A model generated the notes under the pieces. The model was not told where the DNA came from and made no database searches. It was given only the letters and a program-made list of their open reading frames with translations. Positions 33,004 to 43,327 of a stretch of 64,000 nucleotides of DNA are shown piece after piece (position 1 is the stretch's first letter; the number at the start of each line of letters is the position of its first letter). Made by a program: the position numbers and the translations under genes. Origin of the DNA: Meyerozyma guilliermondii (taxonomy: Eukaryota). The stretch lies in NCBI GenBank assembly GCA_051546255.1, contig CP128815.1, positions 1,178,001-1,242,000 on the forward strand, read 5' to 3'.

Positions 33004-35361
33004 ATGAAAGTCTTTTTCTTCTTATCGTTGATGATCCAGTTGATGGTGGTCAGTGCTAAACGTTCGTTACTGGCTACATCTTTGGTTACATGTATGCAAA
33101 ATTCCCAAATATCCCCCACATTTTTCAACGTCACATTCAATCCAGATGATCGATCAATCAGATATACCTTGGACTTGACTACTGAAATCAACACATATGT
33201 CACTGCCCATGTCCAAGTTTACGCCTATGGGTTTCTCATTATTGAGCAAGACGTCGATCTCTGTGACTTAGGCTGGAAGCAGTTCTGTCCGCTCTATCCC
33301 GGTTCACTTCAGGTGGACAGTATCGAATACATCAGCGCAAAGTATGTCAAGATGATTCCTGCAATCGCATACCAGGTGCCTGACATAGATGCTGTTGTAA
33401 GAGTTGAAGTTAGAGATCGGAAATCTAAGAAAACAGTGTCATGTATTCAGTCGAATTTCACAAATGGTAAGACAGTTTCGCAAACTGGCGCTAAATGGGC
33501 CACCGCAATCATTGCCGGCTTGGGTTTGGTCATTGCAGCCGTCTTTTCCACATTTGGAAGCTCAAATGCTGCTTCTCATATTTCTACCAATGCTGTGACG
33601 TTGTTTTCATATTTCCAAGCAGTAGTGATCATCTCGATGCAACATGTGGAAAGAGTTCCTCCTATTGCTTCGGCATGGGCAGAGAACTTGGCTTGGTCCA
33701 TGGGCTTGATCAGAGTCGAATTTATGCAAAAAATCTTCCGTTGGTACATTCAGAGCTCGGGTGGGAGCCCAACATTGTACTTCAAGAAGACTGCAAAGCA
33801 GATTCTAGTTCAGAGGGCATATGATTACTTACAGAGCTTGCACGAATTTGCCAAGAGAAACAGTGAATTCTACAGGACTGGAAAACGTGCTTTGGATTTC
33901 ACTCTTCGTTCCAATGACAATTTGGTGGTGTTGAGAGGCATCAAAAGAATTGGCTATAATTCTCGCATTGAACCCACTTCCATCGTGGTGACGGGTTTCA
34001 CTTTCTTCATTCTTTTTGGTTACGTCTTGGTGGTTATTCTCTTCCTTGTCAAGCAGGTGATCGATTTATTGGTTCGTTTCAACAAGGTTAACCCCAACCG
34101 ACTCCATTTCTTTCGCAAATCATTTAAGAACATTCTCAAAGGTAGTTTGTTGAGGTACATGTATATTGGATTTCCTCAGCTTATAATTTTGTCGTTGTGG
34201 GAATTCACGGAAAATGACTCTCCAGCAGTGATTGTGTTGGCAGTGCTCTTTCTCATTATGGCACTCGTTATCGTGGGTTACTCATTCTGGACCACTTGGA
34301 GATATGGGCGTCTCTCTATCGCAAAGTATAACAATCCTGCAGCGTTACTATATGGTGACTCCCTTATTTTGAACAAGTATGGCGTCTGTTATACCATGTT
34401 CACTGCTAAGAAATACTGGTTTGGAGGAATCGTGATCGGTTACGGTCTTGTCAAAGGTATTTTCATTGCCTTGTGTCAAGGTAGTGGAAAAACTTCGGCT
34501 TTGGTTATTTTCATTCTCGATTTGGCGTTCACAATTTACCTTTTCCTCCAAGCTCCATACTTGGACAAGTCTACCAATATCGTCAATTACTGTGTGGCCA
34601 TTGTGAACACCATCAACTCGTTCTTATTTTTATTCTTTTCTGATCTTTTTGGGCAACCAGCTCAAGTGGCTTCTATCATGGGTTGGATTTTCTTTGTCTT
34701 GAATGCTGGATTTTCGTTAGTTTTATTGGTGATGATCATTGTGTTGGTTATCATGTCGATTGTATCAAAGAACCCAGATGCTGTATTTGCTCCAGCTCGA
34801 GATGACAGAACCTCGTTTCAAAGAAAATCATCCGTTAAGCGCGCAAAAGACATGGAAGGTGGTGAGAAAGGTGGAAATGAATTGCTTGCTTTGGGTGCAG
34901 CTGCTCAGGATCATTCTAATGACTGGGAAGCTCAAATGTACCAGTTGAACAATTACTCACAGGGCTCAGGCTCACCTACAGAAGATAAGCAAATATTGAC
35001 ACCTTCTCTCAAGGAAGGTGATCGTGAACACACGCGAGGTCCTGAAAGCTCGGAGGAAAATGTCCCTGCGACTCTTGGAGAAAGATTGAAGACCAAATTA
35101 ACTCGTGGTCTTTCCAGAAAAGGTTCAAAAAAGGCAGACACTACCAATATCACCAGAATGAGTGATACGCTATCAATGGATGATACTGGTAACATGAAGG
35201 ATGAAGTGCTGGACTCATTCAATTCCTCTGCCACTTTGAATAGAGACACCACAGACAAATCAGGTGGTCGTCACATACGACACCCAACAGAAGCATCCTT
35301 CGGTCAGTACTCTCATTATCTGAACAGTCAACCAACGGCACCAAAGGACATAACCCGCTAG
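33004..35361 (+). CDS. FLC-family (TRP-like) ER flavin carrier / calcium channel
   Basis: Signal peptide, AYQVPDIDA, NGKTVSQTGAKWAT, PPIASAWAENLAWSMGLIR and PARDDRTSF motifs with multiple transmembrane segments. Confidence 0.92.
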   Translation: MKVFFFLSLMIQLMVVSAKRSLLATSLVTCMQNSQISPTFFNVTFNPDDRSIRYTLDLTTEINTYVTAHVQVYAYGFLIIEQDVDLCDLGWKQFCPLYPGSLQVDSIEYISAKYVKMIPAIAYQVPDIDAVVRVEVRDRKSKKTVSCIQSNFTNGKTVSQTGAKWATAIIAGLGLVIAAVFSTFGSSNAASHISTNAVTLFSYFQAVVIISMQHVERVPPIASAWAENLAWSMGLIRVEFMQKIFRWYIQSSGGSPTLYFKKTAKQILVQRAYDYLQSLHEFAKRNSEFYRTGKRALDFTLRSNDNLVVLRGIKRIGYNSRIEPTSIVVTGFTFFILFGYVLVVILFLVKQVIDLLVRFNKVNPNRLHFFRKSFKNILKGSLLRYMYIGFPQLIILSLWEFTENDSPAVIVLAVLFLIMALVIVGYSFWTTWRYGRLSIAKYNNPAALLYGDSLILNKYGVCYTMFTAKKYWFGGIVIGYGLVKGIFIALCQGSGKTSALVIFILDLAFTIYLFLQAPYLDKSTNIVNYCVAIVNTINSFLFLFFSDLFGQPAQVASIMGWIFFVLNAGFSLVLLVMIIVLVIMSIVSKNPDAVFAPARDDRTSFQRKSSVKRAKDMEGGEKGGNELLALGAAAQDHSNDWEAQMYQLNNYSQGSGSPTEDKQILTPSLKEGDREHTRGPESSEENVPATLGERLKTKLTRGLSRKGSKKADTTNITRMSDTLSMDDTGNMKDEVLDSFNSSATLNRDTTDKSGGRHIRHPTEASFGQYSHYLNSQPTAPKDITR

Positions 35362-35390
35362 TGTTCATTACTTAGAACTTGTATATTACT

Positions 35391-36404
35391 TTAGTTTAAA
35401 TTTTGTACTGATTGTGTATCTTCGTTATCACCTAGTAGATTCCAGACTCTGCTCACTTGGGCAAGAATATCGGTATCATTTGCTATGGAGTCGGACCACA
35501 TGAGCGACTTGTGCAGGTCTTCGTAACTTGAATACATGACTCTTAGTTTCTTCTTGTCATTTTTACCAAGTAACGAACGAATGGACATTAAATTTGGTGG
35601 ATCTGAAATCTTTCGGACAAGGTTGGCAATATTTTGCATTGCAACAGTTCTCAAATAAAGATCCATTGGGCTATAAATGTAGTCTTCATTCACCTTTAAT
35701 TCAGCAGCCCATTTACCTGAGGGCATATCTGAAGCTGAGAATAACGGATTGAACGGTGATGGTGACTTCAAAAATGGAATATTTTGCACAATTACAGGTT
35801 TTAGCAAACTCTTAGTAAATTTGACCCATTGCTTAGTGCTATCGTCGGCTATTAGCGGGGTCATTGGAATGGATAGTGATTCGTTGCACATGATCTGGAG
35901 TGGTGATACTAATTTCATAGGATTGAAGGTTTGTGAAAGTTGGTCCGAATTAATCCCACGAGCATACAAGCCTCCAATATAGGAATGAGGAACAAACACA
36001 TCTATCGTTGACTTGGCGTATTTCTTTCTACGGGCCATCTTGAAGCACTGAATGTGTTTTGGGGTAGTATCCAACGTAGTTTTATCCGGATCGGCTTGCA
36101 GAATTACATCTCTTGCAAACAGAAAATAAGTTTCTTTCGTCAACTGTTCGAGTTTGTGGCCAACTATACTACCCAAGGTATCCAAAATCGAAGTTCCGCT
36201 TGCTATTGCTAAAGTAGGCACTATCGGTTTTACAAAACAGAAGGAGCTGTTCCACAAATTGGATCCATGGGCTAATGGAATAACTGTTGTAGATACAACT
36301 TTGCCATGGCGACAATGTGAGAGTCGCAATTGCTTGGAGACAGAAAGATGGTATAATTCCCATCTATATTGAATATGTACTTTGAAACCCGAGAATGGGA
36401 CCAT
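35391..36404 (-). CDS. Hypothetical protein (337 aa from the ATG at 36404; an upstream in-frame ATG lies at 36524)
   Basis: Open frame of more than 1 kb filling the FLC-BMS1 gap. No family recognised. Confidence 0.6.
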   Translation of the reverse strand: MVPFSGFKVHIQYRWELYHLSVSKQLRLSHCRHGKVVSTTVIPLAHGSNLWNSSFCFVKPIVPTLAIASGTSILDTLGSIVGHKLEQLTKETYFLFARDVILQADPDKTTLDTTPKHIQCFKMARRKKYAKSTIDVFVPHSYIGGLYARGINSDQLSQTFNPMKLVSPLQIMCNESLSIPMTPLIADDSTKQWVKFTKSLLKPVIVQNIPFLKSPSPFNPLFSASDMPSGKWAAELKVNEDYIYSPMDLYLRTVAMQNIANLVRKISDPPNLMSIRSLLGKNDKKKLRVMYSSYEDLHKSLMWSDSIANDTDILAQVSRVWNLLGDNEDTQSVQNLN

Positions 36405-36599
36405 GGAATTCTTGCTAGCACATAATCCCTGGTCGTGTTTCATTCCCATGCACACGACCAAAAGTAACATTAACAAGCTCACCGCTACCATCTTTTTCGC
36501 AGCCAAATCAATGGCTGCTTCCATTTATGCTGGTACTGCATCCGGGAGATGAGCATCGCATTTTACATTTTTTTGCGAGACAAAGGCGCTAGTGTAGAC

Positions 36600-39500
36600 A
36601 TGGACAATGGTCAACAAAGCAATAAGGCCCATCGAGGGGGCACACAAAAGACCACAGCCAAGAAGAAGTTGCACCAGAATGGCCAAAACGTTAAAGCTTT
36701 CGCAGTGAATGCTCCTAGGAAGCTCGAGCGTATGGCTCGTCGTACTCATGATGTTAATGAAAAGAAATTGCATGTCCCCATGGTGGATAGAATGCCAGAA
36801 GATGACCCTCCTCCTGTGATTGTTGCTGTAGTTGGGCCTCCTGGTACCGGAAAAACAACATTGATCAAGTCTTTGATACGAAGATTGACAAAAACCACCT
36901 TGACAGAGGTTAAAGGTCCGATCACGGTTGTGAGTGGAAAAAAGCGTCGACTCACATTCATCGAATGTAACAATGATCTCAACTCGATGATAGATTTGGC
37001 TAAAATAGCTGATCTTGTTTTGCTTCTCGTCGATGGTAATTTTGGCCTTGAGATGGAAACCATGGAATTTCTTAATATAGCACAGCATCATGGTATGCCC
37101 CGTGTGTTGGGTGTTACTACTCATCTTGATTTATTCAAGTCTCAGTCTACTCTTCGGGCATCCAAGAAAAAATTAAAACATAGATTTTGGACAGAAGTGT
37201 ACCAAGGTGCCAAGTTGTTTTACTTGTCTGGTGTTATAAATGGGCGTTATCCAGATCGTGAAATTATCAATTTGAGCAGATTTATTTCTGTGATGAAGTT
37301 CCGCCCTTTGAGGTGGAGAAATGAACATCCATACTTATTGGCGGATCGAGTGACCGATTTAACTCATCCCCAAGAGATCACCGAGAATCCAAAATGTGAC
37401 AGAAAAGTCGCCATGTATGGCTATTTGCATGGTACTCCCTTGCCCTCATCAAATGCTCACTTTCACATAGCAGGTGTTGGTGATTACTACGTCTCTTCTG
37501 TGGAAAAACTTCCTGACCCATGTCCAACTCCTGCATTCGAACAACGGTTAGAGGAGATAGAAAGAGAAAAAATCAAGGCTGCCGCCGCTGCGGGAGAACC
37601 TGTTGCCAAAACAACCAGGAGAAGAAAGAGACTTGAAGACAAGCAGAAGATTATTTACGCTCCCATGTCGGATGTTGGTGGTGTTATGGTCGATAAAGAT
37701 GCGGTTTACATTGATATGGGCGACAAGCAACTGTTTGTTCCAGGAGAAGATTTGGAAGGAGGTGAGAAATTAGTCACTGATTTGCAAGAAGTCCAAAAAA
37801 CGATGCAAGAAAGGTTCGAAGAGGGCCCTGGCTTACAATTGTTTTCCTCCTCTCATGCTTTACGTGAAGCCGACTTAGAAGAGGACGAAGACGAGGAAGA
37901 ATTAGACGATGATGAAGAACCTAACGGCGACATGGGTAGGTCTACCATGAGACATGCTCGCAAGCACATCCGTTCGGATGCTGCTGAGGTGAATGATACC
38001 CAATTAGGAAGCGACAGCGAAGATGAGGACGTCGATCTCGATGAAAATAAGAGGCAAAAAGTGATAGATTTGGGCGACAAGTATGATGAAGCAGAGTTGT
38101 CTTTTGAGGAAGATTCCTCGTTATCTTCCGATGAGGAATTCGCCGAACAAACAACGAGATCATCATCGAATCAAGGAAAGAGAAAGTGGAATTTGAATAG
38201 ACTTCTTTACATGCCAAATATTGATCCCGAGGATGTGGTGAAGAGATGGAAAGGTGATGACGAAGAGGACGAGGAAGAAGAAGATATTGAAAAGGACGAC
38301 GATGATTTTTTCAAGCAACGGAAGTCGGCAAAAGATCAGAGCGTTGATTTGGATACGTTTATTCCGCCTTATCCCTCTGTTGAAGAGCTTCGCTCTAAAT
38401 TCTCCAATGAAAGCGATGAGGAGTACGAAAGTGGTTATGCCAAATTAAAGCTGAGATTTTTGCTGGCTCCACTTAGTCATGAAAGTGATGAAGACAACGA
38501 GGAAGATAAGAATGGTGATTTCGAAGACTTGGAAGCCCAGGAAGATGAAGATAATTCACAAAACTCTGACGACTTTGCGGACTTTGATAAAGAGGAAGCA
38601 GATGGGGACGACCAAGACACTCCAGAAAGCGAAGTTGATGAAGCCGATCCACAAAAGGCTCGTGAATTGTCTGCTTCGAAAAAAGCCAAGTTGAAGTTGC
38701 AGTTCGAAGAGGAAGATGATCGCGAGTTTGGGGCCGATGATCCTGAGGGTGACACAGAAGCTGATACTTGGTATGAGTTTCAAAAGAACAAAATTGCAAA
38801 GCAATTGGAGATCAACAAGGCTGAGTATGAGGAAATGGACGAAGCATCAAGGGTCAAAATTGAAGGTTATACAGCCGGTTCGTACGTGAAGATTGTATTC
38901 TCCAACATTCCATGTGAATTTGTCGAGAATTTGCAACCTGAGTTTCCTCTCGTCTTAGGAGGATTACTTCCTACTGAGTCAAGGTTTGGAATCATGAACG
39001 TCAGAATAAGACGCCATAGATGGCACAAGAAGATTTTGAAGTCACAGGATCCATTGATTCTATCTTTAGGATGGAGGAGATTCCAAACCCTTCCTATCTA
39101 TACCACCACAGATTCCAGAACCAGGAACAGAATGTTGAAGTATACTCCCGAGCATGCTCATTGTTTCGCATCATTTTACGGACCGCTAGTTGCTCCCAAC
39201 ACTACGTTTGTTGGTTTCAATATAGTTTCAAAGTCTGCAACTACCGGCTCGTTCCGTGTTGCTGCTACTGGTATCGTTGAGGATCTCAATTCAGAGGTTG
39301 AAATTGTGAAAAAATTGAAACTTGTTGGACACCCTTACAAGATCTTCCGTAACACTGCGTTTATCAAGGACATGTTTTCCAACTCTCTTGAAGTGGCTCG
39401 GTTTGAAGGTGGTTCAATTCGTACGGTGTCTGGTATTCGTGGTGAAATCAAGCGAGCATTGTCCAAACCGGAGGGTCATTTCAGAGCCACATTCGAGGAC

Positions 39501-40082
39501 AAAATCTTGATGTCAGACACCATTTTCTTAAAGACATGGTACCCTGTGAAAGTCAAGAAGTTTTACAATCCTGTCACCTCATTATTGCTCAGAGATCATA
39601 GTGAATGGCAGGGTATGAGATTGACTGGTCAGGTTCGTGCTGAACAAGGTGTACCCACCCCAATGAACGAAGACAGTGCTTACAAAAAGATTGAGAGACC
39701 TGAAAGACACTTTAATCCTTTGAAAGTTCCGAAATCCATCAAGAGTGCACTTCCCTTCAAGAGTCAAATCCACGAAATGAAGCCGCAAAAGAAGCAATCA
39801 TATTTGGCTAAGCGTGCTGTGGTTTTGGGCGGCGAAGAAAAGCGTGCTAGAGATTTGATGCAAAAGATTGCTACTGTGCGTAAAGAAAAGGAGAGCAAGC
39901 GGAGAGCTAAAAAGGATGAAAAGTTCCAGGACAGACTCAAGAAGAAAGCCAAGGAAGAGGAAATACGAAATGAAAAGAAGAAGGAAAAATCCAAGGAGTT
40001 TTTTGCTCGCGAAGGTAGAAAGAGACCCGTGGGTAACAATGAGACTACGACGGCAGCTTTTGGCAAGAGGCAAAGAAGATAG
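36600..40082 (+). CDS. BMS1: 40S ribosome biogenesis GTPase
   Basis: [33 protein letters not shown] and RNRMLKYTPEH motifs. ATG at 36600, with a PAC-like GAGATGAG at 36546. Confidence 0.97.
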   Translation: MDNGQQSNKAHRGGTQKTTAKKKLHQNGQNVKAFAVNAPRKLERMARRTHDVNEKKLHVPMVDRMPEDDPPPVIVAVVGPPGTGKTTLIKSLIRRLTKTTLTEVKGPITVVSGKKRRLTFIECNNDLNSMIDLAKIADLVLLLVDGNFGLEMETMEFLNIAQHHGMPRVLGVTTHLDLFKSQSTLRASKKKLKHRFWTEVYQGAKLFYLSGVINGRYPDREIINLSRFISVMKFRPLRWRNEHPYLLADRVTDLTHPQEITENPKCDRKVAMYGYLHGTPLPSSNAHFHIAGVGDYYVSSVEKLPDPCPTPAFEQRLEEIEREKIKAAAAAGEPVAKTTRRRKRLEDKQKIIYAPMSDVGGVMVDKDAVYIDMGDKQLFVPGEDLEGGEKLVTDLQEVQKTMQERFEEGPGLQLFSSSHALREADLEEDEDEEELDDDEEPNGDMGRSTMRHARKHIRSDAAEVNDTQLGSDSEDEDVDLDENKRQKVIDLGDKYDEAELSFEEDSSLSSDEEFAEQTTRSSSNQGKRKWNLNRLLYMPNIDPEDVVKRWKGDDEEDEEEEDIEKDDDDFFKQRKSAKDQSVDLDTFIPPYPSVEELRSKFSNESDEEYESGYAKLKLRFLLAPLSHESDEDNEEDKNGDFEDLEAQEDEDNSQNSDDFADFDKEEADGDDQDTPESEVDEADPQKARELSASKKAKLKLQFEEEDDREFGADDPEGDTEADTWYEFQKNKIAKQLEINKAEYEEMDEASRVKIEGYTAGSYVKIVFSNIPCEFVENLQPEFPLVLGGLLPTESRFGIMNVRIRRHRWHKKILKSQDPLILSLGWRRFQTLPIYTTTDSRTRNRMLKYTPEHAHCFASFYGPLVAPNTTFVGFNIVSKSATTGSFRVAATGIVEDLNSEVEIVKKLKLVGHPYKIFRNTAFIKDMFSNSLEVARFEGGSIRTVSGIRGEIKRALSKPEGHFRATFEDKILMSDTIFLKTWYPVKVKKFYNPVTSLLLRDHSEWQGMRLTGQVRAEQGVPTPMNEDSAYKKIERPERHFNPLKVPKSIKSALPFKSQIHEMKPQKKQSYLAKRAVVLGGEEKRARDLMQKIATVRKEKESKRRAKKDEKFQDRLKKKAKEEEIRNEKKKEKSKEFFAREGRKRPVGNNETTTAAFGKRQRR

Positions 40083-40181
40083 TTTCCATAGCATATTAAT
40101 CTAATACGAGACACCAATTAGTGTCGCGAAAAAAAAAAAATAGTTTTAATTTTTTGTTTTCATAGTCTCTATACGAAAACA

Positions 40182-41195
40182 ATGGTCCATGAAGTGGATA
40201 TAGCCGAAATACCGTTGAAAAGAAGCGAGGAAACGTTTGTAGATGAGCCAAAGTCATTATTGGATGTCAACGATATCGAATTATCCTTCGACCTCAAACA
40301 TAAAGTCAAGAACATCAACTCATTGCATGTCTTCCATGCGATTGTAATACTACGAAATACAGTTGAAGTGATTATAAAGCTCCAGGAAGATCCACAACGG
40401 TTCCAGGATTACAGAAATTCACAGTTGGCCTTGTTAGGAATACAAATAGATGATAGTGGAGTCCCATACATCGCTGATTCCAACAGCAACAATCGCAGCA
40501 ACAAACCTGACATGACTACCCCGCCTCATTCACCTCCACTAAAAATTGCCAAAATAGTAAAGGAGGACCTGTCCAACGACTTCTTGAAGGATGCAACTCC
40601 AGAGTCTACCGAATTGCTAGACGACGGCGAGTCTGTGAACGCAACTACCTCGCTGTACATACCTATCGAGTTACTATTGAAGGAAGAATTTACCGAGGTT
40701 TCTGAACCCATTACAGGGTGCAGCAGTAAACGCATCTACAGAGAGATGCAAACGACTCGCAAACAGAAAGCAGCTGCTCAATATTCGCATCTTCTCAAGT
40801 CATTCAATTTAGCCAGTGAACCAACTATTTCTGTTGAAAGTTTCCTCATGAGAATCAACACTTACTCTTCTTCTACATCGGTTCTGGTTTACATCCACGC
40901 AGCATTCTTGATCTACAAACTAGCTGTTATCATGGACGTGCTACCTCTCTCCATGTTTAATGTGCACCGAGTAATCCTTTCTCTGATCAGATGTCTGACT
41001 AAAAAATTAGAGGATGTTTACCAGTCACAAACTAACTATGCTACGGTAGTGGGTGTTTCCAAAAAGGACTTGTTCAAGTTGGAAGTTGGGTTCTTGTTTC
41101 TCTGTAATTTTCAACTTGTAGTTGGAGAACAAATCTTGAATGATTTCGTAAAACTGGCATACGTTGATCTTTTGCATACGAACGCTAACGAATAA
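40182..41195 (+). CDS. Pho85 cyclin (Pho80/Pcl family)
   Basis: C-terminal cyclin box PTISVESFLMRI...NVHRVIL...TKKLED......YATVVGVSKKDLFKLEVGFLFL. Confidence 0.85.
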   Translation: MVHEVDIAEIPLKRSEETFVDEPKSLLDVNDIELSFDLKHKVKNINSLHVFHAIVILRNTVEVIIKLQEDPQRFQDYRNSQLALLGIQIDDSGVPYIADSNSNNRSNKPDMTTPPHSPPLKIAKIVKEDLSNDFLKDATPESTELLDDGESVNATTSLYIPIELLLKEEFTEVSEPITGCSSKRIYREMQTTRKQKAAAQYSHLLKSFNLASEPTISVESFLMRINTYSSSTSVLVYIHAAFLIYKLAVIMDVLPLSMFNVHRVILSLIRCLTKKLEDVYQSQTNYATVVGVSKKDLFKLEVGFLFLCNFQLVVGEQILNDFVKLAYVDLLHTNANE

Positions 41196-41270
41196 ATACA
41201 AGTCATCATAAAAAAGTAAAGATCCTTGCTTTAAAGGAATGACCCTCCATTTAACAAAAAAATTAAAGTA

Positions 41271-41360
41271 TGCGAATTCTGTGGATCGAACACAGGACCT
41301 CCAGATTTCTTGACTGAAGTCGACTTCAGTCTGGCGCTCTCCCAACTGAGCTAAATCCGC
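41271..41360 (-). tRNA. tRNA-Phe(GAA) with a 17-nt intron (41307-41323)
   Basis: GCGGATTTAGCTCAGTTGGGAGAGCGCCAGACTGAAG[intron]ATCTGGAGGTCCTGTGTTCGATCCACAGAATTCGCA matches the classic yeast tRNA-Phe; a T-run follows. Confidence 0.97.
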
Positions 41361-41372
41361 CACCAGTATATG

Positions 41373-41445
41373 AACCCACGGCGGGAGTCGAACCCGCAAT
41401 CTTTTGATTAGAAGTCAAACGCGTTAACCATTACGCTACGCAGGC
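41373..41445 (-). tRNA. tRNA-Arg(UCU), intronless
   Basis: GCCTGCGTAGCGTAATGGTTAACGCGTTTGACTTCTAATCAAAAGATTGCGGGTTCGACTCCCGCCGTGGGTT folds as a cloverleaf with anticodon TCT. Confidence 0.95.
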
Positions 41446-41941
41446 TCTTTGTTGTGTCTTTTGTGTCGCTAGCATTCAAGCCAGTTACTCTCTAGATGCG
41501 GGAACGCAACTATGATGGAACACAGATCGCAGCAAGTCAATTGAGTTATATGACTCACTATGCATCATATCCGAATTCAGTCACACCCCAGATATGCACC
41601 ATACAACATTTACGAATAGACTCATTTTGGTTGCCCGTTTTCCCGTAGTAACCGCGGCTGACTACCTTCTCTGAGAGCCCCACCTGCGTCATTCGTGCGG
41701 CTCATACTGATAAGGGTGTGTCATAGGCGCAAAACGTGGCTGCGTTAGTGCATTTGTTTATAAACCACACATCGTTTGATTTACTCATATCTATTAGTCA
41801 CATCTGCATCTACATCAGTCAGCTCTTTTGGGAATGAAAGTACATTCTGCCAATCCTTATAAGGGCCTCAAACCAACCATACAGCTTTCTAGCTTCCCCA
41901 CAAATATCTCTAGACTTGCTAAAAATAACACCATTAGAACC

Positions 41942-43258
41942 ATGCGTACGAGCCTGAGTAGTATGGATACTACTGAAGGGCTCTCATTGGACCAGATGGT
42001 CAATTCGTCGTGGTTGAGACACCACCTTTACTTGTTGGGACTGGATCTTATCAAGCTCAAGCTTTATCAGAAGTTTAGTCACTTGTTGACTACAGGAGGT
42101 GGAGGACTTATCAAGAATGCCGTATTCGAATTATCGTCTTTTCTCAAGAGAGAGCTCGTGGATAGACGATGCCGGGCAGATAGCCCCGAGTCCAGTATTG
42201 CGAGTCAGTTGAAGGAGTTGATCTCCTACAACTTGTCATTTACTGCTGATTCACAGAGAAGTGCTATACTTGATGGAGAGGACTATCGAGAATCTCAGTT
42301 TAAGTGGTTCTTCATTGCCGTGGGCTACATGATAGTGACAGAATCAGAGAGATCGGTTGAAGATTTGGCCGATAAGATTATCTCCATCTACATGAGCTCT
42401 ACGACGCCCACTATCCCAATCGACGCAGCTTCAGCTCCCCAGATTGACAGAGACAATGCTAGGATACTAAGTTTGATTCACCGCTATTACAGATCGGTCG
42501 ACATCGACTATGATCTTCTTTATCGTCCACGGCCAATCTCCATCAGGATGTTTGACTCCGTCTACTACCACATTGATCTTCCACCGCTTCCAAAGATCGA
42601 GAACAAGTCGCTTCTCGCTAAGGCTTTGATGCACAAGGAAATGTACCGAGCATTTCTTGTCAAGTCGCACCCTTTTAGCGAAATGTTGCTTGAAGAAGGT
42701 ATCGAACCTACTAGAGATTCATGCAAGGTTATTCGCTACGACCTTTCATTTTTGGACGGTTTGGGAGACTTCTACTTGGCTCGTGAGTCTTCAAAGCTAT
42801 TGTATCAGTTCAAGGTGGAGACAGCACCACCATCAGAGGATGCTGGTTTTGGCAGAAAGTCTTACAACATGTTGAGAACTATTCTTGCTACAAACACACT
42901 TCTTTCGAAGTTGGCGATAGCTTATAACCTCCATCGTGGACTTAATGATCCAATAATTTACCAGTTCTTGTTGGAAGACTACGTTCCTCACATATCTACC
43001 TGGTCGAGTCCTGAGTTTGATATGTCTGACGACGTCAACGGTGTCATGAGGTATGAGCAGGAATTCATTGCAGATTATTTTGAACAGTACGTTGGAGCAT
43101 TGTTTCTCGAGCAGCCAGAAGTTGCACAGGACTGGATCAACAAGATATACCACAATATCTTGTTACTGATACCAGATCTCCACACCACTCCCGGGCGAAT
43201 TCTTAGGTACGACTACAGGGCCTGGAGCCATGACGTGATTGGAAGACAAGTTATGTAG
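41942..43258 (+). CDS. Divergent RNase III-domain protein (Rnt1/Dcr1/Cdl1-like) with no evident dsRBD
   Basis: PPLPKIENKSLLAKALMHK, degenerate signature FLDGLGDFYL, LATNTLLSKLA and IADYFEQYVGALF. The start is at 41942 or 41834. Confidence 0.75.
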   Translation: MRTSLSSMDTTEGLSLDQMVNSSWLRHHLYLLGLDLIKLKLYQKFSHLLTTGGGGLIKNAVFELSSFLKRELVDRRCRADSPESSIASQLKELISYNLSFTADSQRSAILDGEDYRESQFKWFFIAVGYMIVTESERSVEDLADKIISIYMSSTTPTIPIDAASAPQIDRDNARILSLIHRYYRSVDIDYDLLYRPRPISIRMFDSVYYHIDLPPLPKIENKSLLAKALMHKEMYRAFLVKSHPFSEMLLEEGIEPTRDSCKVIRYDLSFLDGLGDFYLARESSKLLYQFKVETAPPSEDAGFGRKSYNMLRTILATNTLLSKLAIAYNLHRGLNDPIIYQFLLEDYVPHISTWSSPEFDMSDDVNGVMRYEQEFIADYFEQYVGALFLEQPEVAQDWINKIYHNILLLIPDLHTTPGRILRYDYRAWSHDVIGRQVM

Positions 43259-43327
43259 ATCTTGACTCGGTATGATAAGTATGAAAGAATCAATATAAGT
43301 TAGATCCGACCAATGACATAAAGCTAT

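Noticed and set aside
36525..37124. 199-aa antisense ORF within BMS1, and similar antisense ORFs in GFA1, ILV2, NET1 and NUM1
   Set aside because: These are shadow frames of well-conserved genes.
41025..41399. 124-aa minus-strand ORF
   Set aside because: It runs through two tRNA genes and antisense to the cyclin gene, so it is spurious.
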